NCBI RefSeq assembly: GCF_048593235.1
Contig: NC_133622.1
Coordinates: forward strand, 242,513,198-242,577,197
Reading direction: 5' to 3'
DNA length: 64,000 nucleotides
Source: Sminthopsis crassicaudata
Lineage: Eukaryota
Below the pieces are notes generated by a model that was given only the letters and a program-made list of their open reading frames with translations, made no database searches and was not told the DNA's origin. The position numbers and the translations under genes are program-made. Positions 1 through 10,275 of this stretch are shown here, in pieces (position 1 is the stretch's first letter; each line of letters opens with the position of its first letter).

Positions 1-1599
1 TAATCTTTTTATAATAGGGTCATCAGCCGCAGCATTCCCTAAAGTACGTTCGGCAGTCTCTAGAAGTCTGCTTATGAATTCAGAATATTCCTCATCCTTT
101 TTCTGGCTGATTCTGTTTAAGGGCATAAAAGGAGAGCCAGTAACAGGGAGGGCCCGCCATGCCTTATGGGCAGCGTGATCAATTTGTTCTAAGAGTCCTG
201 TAGGAAATTTTTTCTGTTTTTTCTCTAGGGCGTATGGTCCTCTGCCTGTTAATTTCTCATAAGTCCAATCTTTATTTTTGGTTTTAAGGTTTCTTTTCTC
301 TATAATCCTACACTGGTGGTCAAATTCAGATTGCCAGTTTATGAACTGTCCTTTAGTCAATACCGATTGAGCAACTTTCACCCATTCGGTAGGGGTCAGT
401 AGACCACCTCTTTTAGCAGCTTCTAAGGCCGACAAGGTAAAGGGAGCATTAGGGCCATAATTTTTAACAGCTGAAAGAAGATCTTTCAAATTTTTAAATC
501 GGGGTTTGACAAAGTCTGTTTCTTCCTCAGAATCCGTCCCTCCCTCATTTTCTTCTATTTTTTCCTCATTTTCTTCCTCATCTGTCCCTTCATCAGTATT
601 GTCTGCTTCTTCCTCCTCACTCCCCTCTTGCGCCGCATCGGCGCCATGAGTGGCTTTTTTCTTTCTAGTAATGACGGGAAAATTAAAGGAGCTACGTTGT
701 TTAGCTTTTGTAGGGTTATTCCTAGGATCCTTTTTAGGGCTAGAGTTGTGTTTGGCTAAAGTCTGGGAAGGCGGGGCCAGATTTTCAAGATTGAGCAAGG
801 GGGAGGTTTGAAGGGAGGCTTGTAAAGCCGAAAATTCCTTTGTCATTTCAAGATATTGTTTCTGTAAATCTAAGGTTTTCCGCAAGGCAGACATGCGTTT
901 GGTAATATCCTCCTGGACTAGACTAAGATCTGGAGTAACAAAGGGGTGAGAAAGGGAATTCTTAAGGATAGGAGGGGCCGAAGGATGTTGTGAGACATGC
1001 ACCCCACAGGGATCGTAAGCAGCGGCTTCCTCTTCAGTGAGACTCTCACTGTCTTTTCTATTTCTTGGCTGGTTTTGTTTATAGGGAAAAACAGGAAAGG
1101 CCAGGAGGGAACCTTCCAAAGGGGGCAGGGGGGATGATGAGATGGGCGGATATATGGATTTAGGTTGGTAGGGGGGCATTTCAATAATCACAGAGGGAGC
1201 CTTTTTAGGGACAGATTCTGGTGGAATAGAGCTATGTGACACGGCATGAGACAAAGGACGCAGGCAAGACTCTGCTTCTATAAGTAATTGTCTAATTTTG
1301 CCACTATTGTTTGAATCTTCTACAATGTCATTAATTAATTTCCAAAGGGTTAAAACCTTCTGGGGGACGCTTTCTCCTCCCTGGATTTCTTTTTTAATGA
1401 GTTCGTTTAGGTCTTGTCCTACCTTTTGCCATTTTCCTGGATGAATGTCAGGACCGTTTATTATAAACCAGGGGCAAACTTTATCAATATAGATAAAAAA
1501 ATTTATAAGTTCCTTCTTTTTAACTTTAATACCTCTCTCTTTAAAATTTTCTTTAAGCTCTCTAACAAAATTTTCTTCCTTACTCAACTTAGATCCCAT
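1..1599 (-). CDS. gag: Retroviral Gag polyprotein (MA-pp-p12-like-CA), at least 533 aa, 3'-truncated by the window
   Basis: Hand translation of the minus frame from ATG 1599 to position 1 gives no stop. N-terminus MGSKLSKEENFVRELKENFKERGIKVKKKELINFFIYIDKVCPWFIINGPDIHPGKWQKVGQDL is a betaretroviral matrix with myristoylation Gly2. Also present: PSAP late domain (984-973), CA-like YGPNAPFTL..LTPTEW..WQSEF..LTGRGPY..AWRALP, and major homology region ISQKKDEEYSEFISRLL (~112-61). Confidence 0.95.
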   Translation of the reverse strand, partial: MGSKLSKEENFVRELKENFKERGIKVKKKELINFFIYIDKVCPWFIINGPDIHPGKWQKVGQDLNELIKKEIQGGESVPQKVLTLWKLINDIVEDSNNSGKIRQLLIEAESCLRPLSHAVSHSSIPPESVPKKAPSVIIEMPPYQPKSIYPPISSSPLPPLEGSLLAFPVFPYKQNQPRNRKDSESLTEEEAAAYDPCGVHVSQHPSAPPILKNSLSHPFVTPDLSLVQEDITKRMSALRKTLDLQKQYLEMTKEFSALQASLQTSPLLNLENLAPPSQTLAKHNSSPKKDPRNNPTKAKQRSSFNFPVITRKKKATHGADAAQEGSEEEEADNTDEGTDEEENEEKIEENEGGTDSEEETDFVKPRFKNLKDLLSAVKNYGPNAPFTLSALEAAKRGGLLTPTEWVKVAQSVLTKGQFINWQSEFDHQCRIIEKRNLKTKNKDWTYEKLTGRGPYALEKKQKKFPTGLLEQIDHAAHKAWRALPVTGSPFMPLNRISQKKDEEYSEFISRLLETAERTLGNAAADDPIIKRL

Positions 1600-1618
1600 G
1601 ATATCGACAGACGCGAAC

Positions 1619-1626
1619 ACTTACCT
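1619..1626 (-). promoter_or_regulatory. Proviral major splice donor
   Basis: Perfect consensus AG|GTAAGT about 25 nt upstream of the gag ATG. Confidence 0.7.
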
Positions 1627-1749
1627 CTTTTTACTTTCGTTTCACGGAGCTCCGTAACGCCAGCAGCCTGGGGGAGCGAAATCGTCTCTGGGGGTCCGGA
1701 CGGGCGGGGGGAGCGTTCTGTCGGGTCAAAGTCCCTATTTTTGAGCCTT

Positions 1750-1763
1750 CACGTTGGGCGCCA
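1750..1763 (-). promoter_or_regulatory. Primer-binding site, tRNA-Lys1,2 type
   Basis: TGGCGCCCAACGTG matches the first 14 nt of the canonical Lys1,2 PBS TGGCGCCCAACGTGGGGC, then reads AAGGCTC. Confidence 0.9.
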
Positions 1764-1766
1764 GTT

Positions 1767-2217
1767 TGACCTGTCCAGCAGGTCTTCAACGTGGGTCAAA
1801 AAAAGAAGGACATAGACCGAAATTAAGGCAAAAGCCTGCGGGGGCTAAGACAGCCCGGGAACAGGATCTAGAGAGAGAGAGAGGGGAGACTACTCAAAGT
1901 AATGGTCAAGCATGTCTCGTTTATTAGCTTACAGTTACAGAATTTATAGGCAGAAAACCGCAATGCCATGTATGCATAAGGATTGGGTAGCATGATAGAT
2001 GAGTCAAATATTTTTGTAACATTTACCAGGTGCAGATTATGAGACGGTTAGGGGCCCAAGGACGGGGTGGAATAACGTAGTTTTGTCTATTCCATATCAG
2101 TTCTGGGAACTGTGGTCTTGACATTCCTCAGAAATCATCAGCCTCAGGGCCGTGGTGACCTGGGTTTGTTCAAGAGGGGGGAAGAGCAAGGGGAAAGGTT
2201 GGGGAAGGTTCCTGACA
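1767..2217 (-). mobile_element. 5' LTR (451 bp) of the provirus
   Basis: Starts TGTCAGG, ends CAGGTCA three bases before the PBS. Contains CCAAT (~1985), TATAAA (1948-1943) and AATAAA (1925-1920); the close TATA/polyA spacing implies a short R region as in betaretroviruses. Confidence 0.9.
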
Positions 2218-3095
2218 GGGATTCAACATGGGGATCACAGCTATGTAGAATACAGAGAGCACCTTGTGGAGATCCAGAGAGAAGCTTGCTCTAGGCTGCA
2301 CATAATTGAAGAAGAGGGTCCCATAAAAGATGCTGGCAGCAGTTAGATGGCAAGAGCACGTAGAAAAGGCTTTATGCCTTCCCTCGGCAGAACCGATTCT
2401 GATGTTGGCTATGAGGTTGTAGATATAAGATGTGATGATCATCAGACTACTAAATATTAACATTGACCCAGCCATGACAAAAAGGACCATCTTGTTGACT
2501 GAGATGTCGGCACAGATGAGAATTAAGAGAGGTGAGATGTCACAGAAGAAGTGATTGATGACATTTGGGCCACAGAAGGGGAGCTGCAAAGCACCAGTGG
2601 TATGATTCATGGTGCTGGTGAAACTTGCAGCATAGGGGCCAGACTCCATCTGGATGCAGAGTCTCTGGTACATGGCCACAGAGTAGAGAAGGGGGTTAAA
2701 GATCGCTACATACCAGTCATAGGCCACAGATGCCAAGAGGAAGCACTCGGTGGTGGCCCCCAAAAAGCCAAAGAACCATTGATGCAAGGCACAGCCCAGA
2801 AAAGAGATGGTCTTCCTCTCCTCAAACAAGTCTCCCAGCATCTTTGGGATCACTACAGCAGAAAAGCCGATGTCCACAAATGATAGATGACTGAGGAAAA
2901 AATACATGGGGGTGTGAAGGCGGGCATCAATTCGCATAAGGAAGATCATTCCCAGGTTGCCTGTTGGATTAAAGAGATAAAAGGACAGAAACAACACAAA
3001 GAGGGCTACTTGCAGCTTAGGATGATTATCCTAAATATCCTAAATAACCAGAAAAATGAACTCAGTGCCCCTAGTGTAGTTTCCAAGAGTCTGTA
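2218..3095 (-). pseudogene. Olfactory receptor pseudogene, OR5G-like, interrupted by the provirus after PMLNP
   Basis: OR motifs [30 protein letters not shown]. Two in-frame TAG stops (3042-3040, 3033-3031) lie in a 9-bp tandem duplication ATCCTAAAT x2. MAYDRY is decayed to VAYDWY and AIC to AIF. The sequence switches to LTR immediately after NP. The OR5G assignment is from recalled similarity (WFFGF..TECFLLAS, CDISPLL, SFSL..K). Confidence 0.9.
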
Positions 3096-3302
3096 TTCCT
3101 CGAGTTTTCTGTTGAGAAAAAGACCATAAGACAATACATTTGGAATTGATGCCTTCAAGCATGAATGACACTCAGAGACACATCTTGATAAGACAGTATC
3201 TGACATTCCAATAGCTTGGGATGGGGAGAGGCATTCTGATATTGTAAAACATGAGATCTATTATCCTTATCAAGTATTCTGATAAAGAGGGAGGGGAGAT
3301 TT

Positions 3303-4840
3303 TGTGGAACTGAGAAGCAGGACTGAGTCAGGATAATTAGGGAAACTGATTCAGGACAATAAAAAAGAACTGTGGCATAACAAAATTATCTTAGGATTTC
3401 AGACTAGTGATAAGGTTTATAATTAGGGTACCTAAATGAAATTAGGTTTAATTGAGATCTCAGGGTACAGGGAGTCAAATAGAGCTCCCCTCTAACTCCT
3501 TTAGATTTGGCACAAGGATACAGAGTTAAATGAGGTCTAGTGGTGGCACAAGAGTCCCCAGTAAAAGAATTTACAGCCCGGAAAACCTAGATTGATAAAA
3601 GAGCTTTATTATGGGATTTGGAAGTAAAGCCCAGTTAGGTAGAGATAAAAGTTGAAAGTAGAGAAAAAAGGCACTGGACCCAGAGTTCCAGTGGGCAGAA
3701 ATCCTTTGACATGGCAGGTGTAAGGTTGCCGTGTTTGTGACCTCTGCAAATAGAGGACTTCAGCTTGGCTCTTTTATAATAGGGGATTTTGGCTACAAGC
3801 TGAAGGGGCTTGTGGGTGCAATCCCAGGTTGGCTACAGGCTGGCTTTCAGCCAGGTTTAGAATTTGAATTGAATTTAGTGGGTTTCCAGACTGAGCCAGA
3901 TAACAAAGATGAAACAGTTTGTGCTTAGGGTGGAGTCCCCTCCCTGAGGCAGAGTCCAAGGAGGTTTTCTCTTTTAAGGATTTTTCAGAGTTTTGGGGTT
4001 TCCTCCTCACTAGTACCATAAAGTGTCTAAAAGAATGTGTAGGCTCAGACCTTCTCAAAATCACTTAGCAAAGATTTTATTAGTGTGCTATTGACCACTA
4101 AGGCAGGTTAACCATTGTGGCATTTAGTAAGTCAAAGGAGTTAGCTATAATCAGGAGAAAGATGTCATATAAGATAATATCCCTAGAGTACTTGCTGCTA
4201 TAAGGTGGGTAGTTCCTAATGAACTTGTATTGCTATCAGGAGAGCTAAATTCCTAAAAAGCTTATCTGGGAAATACATCATTGACTGCCAGGCTAATCCT
4301 AAAAAAGGGAGTTAGCAGGGAAATGAGGTTCAGATTTGTTCTTTTGTCTCAGAGTAATGACCTGAGGGATTTCCATCAAAACTTGGCCTTCTGATTGGAT
4401 ACAGTAATCATAGGGTTTGTCAGGAATTGAATAAGTAATTCAACCAGGACCTACTGTAATAAAGGCTTACTTTGGATAACAAAAGGCCCATTTAAGTGAC
4501 AATCTTGTCTGTGCTTGTGCTTACTTCAGGGAATAGCTTAGACAGTAATTCAGGTCTCCAAGGTCAATGTCCATCTCTCTACTAAGAAGCAAGGACCTGA
4601 TAAATTCCAAGAATTAGGTGGAACGAGACTCTTTATTATCTCCAGTGTAGACAAGAATATAGGGGTCATTTGCCCAGTAGACTTTCTGTGCCTGTTAGAA
4701 AGTATTCAACAAAGTAGTGAGAGCTACTTAGGAAAGGGAGCCCTTCAGGAGCAGCTCATGATGAAAATCCCTCTTAGCTTCTCATTAGTAGCTTAAGAAG
4801 GGAGAAGGAAAAGTTTCCAGTTTTGACTGGGCAGCAGACA
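3303..4840 (-). mobile_element. Older LTR/ERV-derived segment (LTR ~4840-3562 plus short leader)
   Basis: Minus strand begins TGTCTGCTG at 4840, has a TATA-like ATTATAAAAG (~3779), AATAAA (3611-3606) and then TGGGGACTCTTG (3560-3549; 9/12 match to the Pro PBS TGGGGGCTCGTC). GC is higher than the flanks. Boundaries are uncertain and this may be more than one element. Confidence 0.5.
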
Positions 4841-6098
4841 ATGTTTCTTTATCTTTCACATGTGATAATTTAGGGACAGGTTTAGAAGATCAAAATGCAA
4901 CTTTGATACAAAATAATAAAAAAGGTGTTTGTTTTTTTTTAATACAACTTATGAATTTCATAATATAAATGGACCTTCTAAGGTGATTGAGGCTCTTTGA
5001 CATTTATTTTCCAACTTGCCATTTTATTGTTCCTAGAATGAGGAAAAACTGAAGTCCTTGTCTAGAATGAGAAAAATAAAAATAATTTGTGATTAGCATA
5101 TCAATGTCTCTGCAAATAGTTTTTTTCAAATATGAGGAGGCTCAATATATTTTTCTTTTATTATTGTTTAATTCTTATTCAAAGGCTAAATATATTTTTG
5201 GATTAGCAATCTCTACTCTCTTTTAAATATTACAGTAAAATTTAAGCTAAATCTGTAATTAAATTAGAAATTCCAATAAGGTCAGTTAAACATTTGCCAA
5301 ATTCTGTCATTTCGAGTTTTATAATGTCTTTTCATAGTCTATGACACTCAATCTGTTTCTACTTTACTAATAAAAGAATGATAAAAGAGATATCCATGAG
5401 GAAAATTACTTTGTCACTGAGATAAAGCATGTCCTGTTTTAGAAATGATGGGAATACTGGAGACTGAAATACTACTCAGAGGTTATTATTTTAGTCTTAT
5501 TGACAGGTGATAAAATCTTTAATTAAATCAGTCACAGTTGGAGTAAAAAGGAAGAGTTGGCTTTGTTTAAATGAGATAATATATATAAAATGCTTTACAA
5601 AATGCAAAGTGCTAAAGCCATCTATTATGATAATGATTGTTATTATGATTATTAACAGAACTGAAATGATAAGGTAATAATATAAAGATAAAAAATTGGG
5701 AAAACTGAAAATCATATGAGTCAAATAATCTGAGATATTTCATATGATTTTATAAATTTATTGATTCTTGTCTTCTGTTCCATGATGTACAAAATTTCCA
5801 CTGCATTAAGTATTATTCTTCCATGTTTGTAGATAAGGACATATGCAATTATACAGCCATATCATCACTTACATGATCATTCTTATGACTCTTCTTTTTA
5901 AAATTTTTATTTCATTCAGAAATTAGCAAACCTATGATTTTTTTTTTTTTTTTTAAATCTCAAAAGAGAATCTTTTTGCCTTGGCTTACATTTAGTGTAA
6001 ATAGAAAGTTAGAAATAGTGTCTATATATCAGGGCTATAAAGACTATGCAAACTTATCTACTAGTTCATAAAAGTGAAAAGGTAATAGATTAGCATTT

Positions 6099-7037
6099 TT
6101 ATTTAGTCAAAGATTTTCTTCCAATTGCTTTGCTCAGGGCATCCTTCACATCTTTATTCCTGAGACCGTAGATCATGGGGTTCAACATGGGGATCACTGT
6201 TGTATAAAATACAGCTACCATTTTACCCTGCTCTACAGACTCTTCAGTGGGACGTCTTAAATGCATACAGAACAGGGTTGAATAGAATATGGTGACTACT
6301 GTGAGGTGGGACCCACATGTGGAGAAAGCCTTGCGCCTGCTCTCAGCAGAACGACTCCGGAGGATGGCCACAAGAATGAACATGTATGATGTAAGAATGA
6401 TCAGAAGGGACTGGACATTGCTATAGCCAGCCACTATATACATGGATAGCTCTTTACTATATGTATCAGAACATGCTAGTTTGATGAGAGGTGGGTCAGC
6501 ACAGTAGAAATGATTAATTTCATTAGCACCACAGAAAGATAGATTGTAGGTCCTCAAGGTTTCCATCACACTGAGAAGGAATCCATAGACATAGGGAATG
6601 ATGACTAACCGGATACAGATGCTCTTTGACATTTTACTACTGTATAGTAGTGGGTTGCAGATGGCCATATAGCGATCATAAGCCATGACAGCCAACATAC
6701 AATGTTCAGTGAGCACCACAGCAATCACAATGTAACATTGGACCAAACAACCAGTGTAGGAAATGGTTTTCTCAGCTGATAAGAAGTTTTCAAGCATCTT
6801 TGGGGTGACATTTGTAGAGAAACATAGATCCAGAAAAGATAAACTAGAGAGAAAAAAATACATGGGAGTGTGAAGTCGAGAATCAATTTTGATTAAAACA
6901 ATCATTCCAAGATTCCCTACCACTGTGACCATGTAGATCATGAGAAATAGCACAAAAAAAGCAGTGCGCAGCTCGGGACGACTGGTTAATCCAAGAAGAA
7001 TGAATTCAGTCACTTGAGTGTAGTTCCTTTTGGACAT
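6099..7037 (-). CDS. Olfactory receptor, OR5M subfamily (312 aa, intact)
   Basis: Single-exon ORF with NYT sequon, [72 protein letters not shown]. Confidence 0.95.
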   Translation of the reverse strand: MSKRNYTQVTEFILLGLTSRPELRTAFFVLFLMIYMVTVVGNLGMIVLIKIDSRLHTPMYFFLSSLSFLDLCFSTNVTPKMLENFLSAEKTISYTGCLVQCYIVIAVVLTEHCMLAVMAYDRYMAICNPLLYSSKMSKSICIRLVIIPYVYGFLLSVMETLRTYNLSFCGANEINHFYCADPPLIKLACSDTYSKELSMYIVAGYSNVQSLLIILTSYMFILVAILRSRSAESRRKAFSTCGSHLTVVTIFYSTLFCMHLRRPTEESVEQGKMVAVFYTTVIPMLNPMIYGLRNKDVKDALSKAIGRKSLTK

Positions 7038-8149
7038 TTCCTGGATTCCACTTGAGGATCATTGGTTCTGTTATTTAACAAAGAGATAAAGACAAATAAT
7101 GAGTACTCTTTTGCCCTTGTTTCATGACTTTCCTACAAAGAGTCAAAAGCCTTCATTTGTATGATCTCAACAACATTCATATTAAAACAATCAGAAAAGG
7201 CAAAGTTTAACACAACTCATTTAAAATTCCATAGCTATATCACCAAGAATTACTTATATCACATCAAATAAGCTTTCCTTCTCTTTTGAAAGATGAAGGA
7301 CAGGATTGTTCCTTTGTGTCTCATAAAACACATTGTTGATCTTTTAGCATCATTCTACTGCTTTGGGGTTAGGGAAAGATAACCTGCCTTCCTAAATTGA
7401 AGTATTCAAGTAGTTTGTCTTCATTTGTTGCCTTAATGTGGACATATGATCTTCCCCTCCACGTGAATCTCTATTCTCTCTGTAATATAAACTCATGAAC
7501 ATAAGATTTTGGAGGCAAGTCCATATAATGCCCATATAATGAATTCCACTTTTAGCATCTTCTGCCAGTGGCCCCTCAGCTTCTGGCTGAGCACTGGCAG
7601 AAATGGCAAGCCCACTGTCTAACTCCAAAGCCAACCCACTCCGCTTTGGCATAGCTACAGTTATAGGGATATTTTTGTTTTTCCTTGATTTGAATCAAAA
7701 TTTCTCACTATAACTTCTCCCAGTGTTGGTCTTTTCTAGGTACTCCAGGACCAAGCAGAATAAATCTTATCTTTCCCATTACAATTAAAATATTTGAAGA
7801 AATTTATCACTTCCATTGAATCATTGCTTCACAATACTCCAACTAATCCTTTATTCTTGTGTAAAATGTTTTTGTTTTTGTTTTTTATCTTCTTACCATC
7901 CTGGCCAAAATACTCCAAATCTACTGCAACTGGTCAATTTCCCTTTCTAAAATGTAGTACTTCAACTGAATATAATGTAGCAGGATTATTGCTTAGTGTG
8001 TAAGCAATACAGAATACCCTTCTTGGTCCCTGCTTCCCTGGAAAAATATATGAGAAATCAACTCCATTTCAAGGCCACAATACATTTTTTAAACATTTTA
8101 CATATACTACTAAGTTATCAGCACATTTGTCAAGCATGATAATTTTTTT

Positions 8150-8300
8150 TTAATTTAATTTTTATTTTATTTTATAATTATAACTTTTTTTTTGACAGAA
8201 CATATGCATAGGTAATTTTTTACAACATTATCCCTTGCACTTACTTCTATTCAGATTTTTTCCCTTCCTCCCCCAACCCCCTCCCCCAGATGGCAGGCAG
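8150..8300 (-). mobile_element. L1 3' end fragment (marsupial type), antisense
   Basis: T-rich tail followed by catatgcataggtaattttttacaacattatcccttgcac...cctcccccagatggcaggc; the same motif recurs at ~26430-26570 and ~51665-51870. Confidence 0.75.
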
Positions 8301-10059
8301 TCTTATACGAAGCATGATAAAATTAAAATTATAAAAGAAATGAATTTTGGTTTTATTCCCTACTTCTCTTTCTGTGTGCCATTTCTATGTCCCTTTCCTT
8401 TGCCCTCACAGGGACCTTCTCATTGATCTCATCTCCTTATTTACTGTTATATTCATGTTTGATTTTTATTATTTTTAAAGCCTGTGACTTCATCCTACAT
8501 AGGGGTCTTGCAGTATGAAAACTTTTTGTTCCATTGCAAATGGCAGAAGATTTGGTGAGTTTCTTTGGCAAATAAATAGTCAAGAGTTTTACAAATAATC
8601 AGATAATTAGTTTGTATCAAAAGTAGGATGTAAACCAAAATGTTCCTAGCAGCAAGGCTGGCACCCTATTTGTTCTACTATACTACTTTGCTAACCTGTT
8701 TATTTTATCAACTTGCCTTCCTCTCTGTATATAACTTTATCTATTTAAAGTAAGGGTAATCCTATCACACAAATTTATATATAAGGCAAGACAAGTTAAT
8801 CATAAAATTACAAAAGCAAATTATCTAAAAACAACACCACACAACAATCTACTATTTCTGGCAAGAAACTTTAAAAAAAATAAATTTTAATATATTAAGG
8901 ACTTTCTAAGCCAGATCAAGAGAAGATGAGTAAGATTTAAAAACACAACTTCCTGGAAAAATTTCTTAGCCTTGAGGATTTAAATGCTAATCCAATCATA
9001 AGACTAGTCATACTCATAGAGTGAATAGTTGAGCACATAAAGTATGTCCCAATATGCTCTAAAAAATGCTTTGTGAAAAATTAAAATCACCACTCTATTC
9101 ACATATTGGTTTAAATTCCAGAAATTCTGCCAATAGACATTGCAAGGGAGCTAATAGTTCTGGGAGTTTATGCTCTAATAAGGAGTTCCATTGAATGTGA
9201 TTTGGGAAAGTGCTATTTTTGTGAAATGGTCATTAGTAAACTCTGAAACATTTTAAAGGTAGAAGAGATTATCTTAGAAAGAAAAAGATGGAGAAAGGAA
9301 AAATTTGGAAAGGGAGTAGGGGAAGATGGAAAAAAGATGGTATTGAGAGAGTTACAATTAATAATCATACTATTAAAGAGAGAAGGAGACTGAGAAGCCA
9401 GAAGCTGTAGTCAGACTAAAGAAAATGAGCTAAAGAAGGAAAATTATTCAGCTGCAAGAAGCCAAGAACTAGGCTGCTTGGTCTCATTATCACTACTTTC
9501 TTCCTCCTCCATCCCTCATTCCCCACCTCTGTGTCTCTTGAAAAAAGTAGACTTGGAAACTGATAGTTCTAATTAAACAGAAGATGCTAGATTCCCTTTC
9601 CCAAAAAATTGGAAATCATAGAAATAAGCTTAAATCCATCATCCTGTTGGCAAATTAATTCTATCTGTAATTTGCTGAAGATTTTAAACTTATAAATATT
9701 TCAGCATTGGTTACCTTCTCTAGTATTTTTATTATCTCTGTAAGCTAGACAAAGTAAGATGATCTGCCTCACAGAAAAGGAAATAAAGATCTAGAAAAAA
9801 TGAAGCAAATGTGTGACTTTCTTCAGATTGTACACTGAATTGATATTATAATTTAGAAGGAAAATAGAGAGACCTAGTCTTGAAGAATTCATAAATTCAT
9901 TTTCAGTTCAATTGGCATAAATCCAAGGACAGTTCAGAAAGCAAAACTCATACCTATAAATGAATCAGTGAGTGATATTAGATTTTTTTAGAAAAAAAAA
10001 AAATTACATTTTCAAGTCTTTAATAGGAGACAGTGCCAAAAAATGGACTCCTGTTGAAG

Positions 10060-10275
10060 ACCTTAATGTAAAAAGGCCAAGGTCTCTCTTTTCATCCAGA
10101 GCCATCTCCAGTTGTCTTAATCTATAGCTTGCCATTGGACCCAGATAGATCTATAAGAGAAAGTGAGGCAGGTGACCTTTCACAGCCTTATCTCACTTCC
10201 ATCCAATTCACTTGCATGGTATGGCATCCCCTTCCTGAGGTCATGGTCATCTTCAAGAATAAAGGACAAACAACA
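10060..10275. mobile_element. MIR3/L3(CR1)-related marsupial SINE-like fragment
   Basis: gtgaggcaggtgacctttcacagcc...tcacttgcatgg...gtcatggtcatcttcaagaataaaggacaaac; a related copy lies at ~46985-47160. Confidence 0.6.

Larger units (their letters stand above)
1..2217 (-). mobile_element. Endogenous betaretrovirus-like provirus, 5' part (5' LTR + PBS + leader + gag); continues off the left edge
   Basis: Minus strand reads TG...CA LTR (2217-1767), PBS TGGCGCCCAACGTG (1763-1750), splice donor, then gag ATG at 1599. CpG-rich relative to the CpG-depleted host DNA around it. Confidence 0.95.

Noticed and set aside
1155-1180. PPxY late domain in Gag (EMPPYQ)
   Set aside because: It reads MPPY, not PPxY; only PSAP is a canonical match.
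918-1815. ORF-track entries 918-1184 (-) and 1414-1815 (+)
   Set aside because: Alternative-frame and antisense shadows of gag and the leader; no independent motifs.
2112-3206. Plus-strand ORFs over the OR pseudogene; likewise 14255-14458, 35410-35649, 50207-50410
   Set aside because: Antisense or off-frame shadows of OR coding sequence.
7392-7652. GC-richer 86-aa ORF upstream of the first OR
   Set aside because: No recognisable domain or splice structure; cannot be told apart from a decayed repeat fragment.
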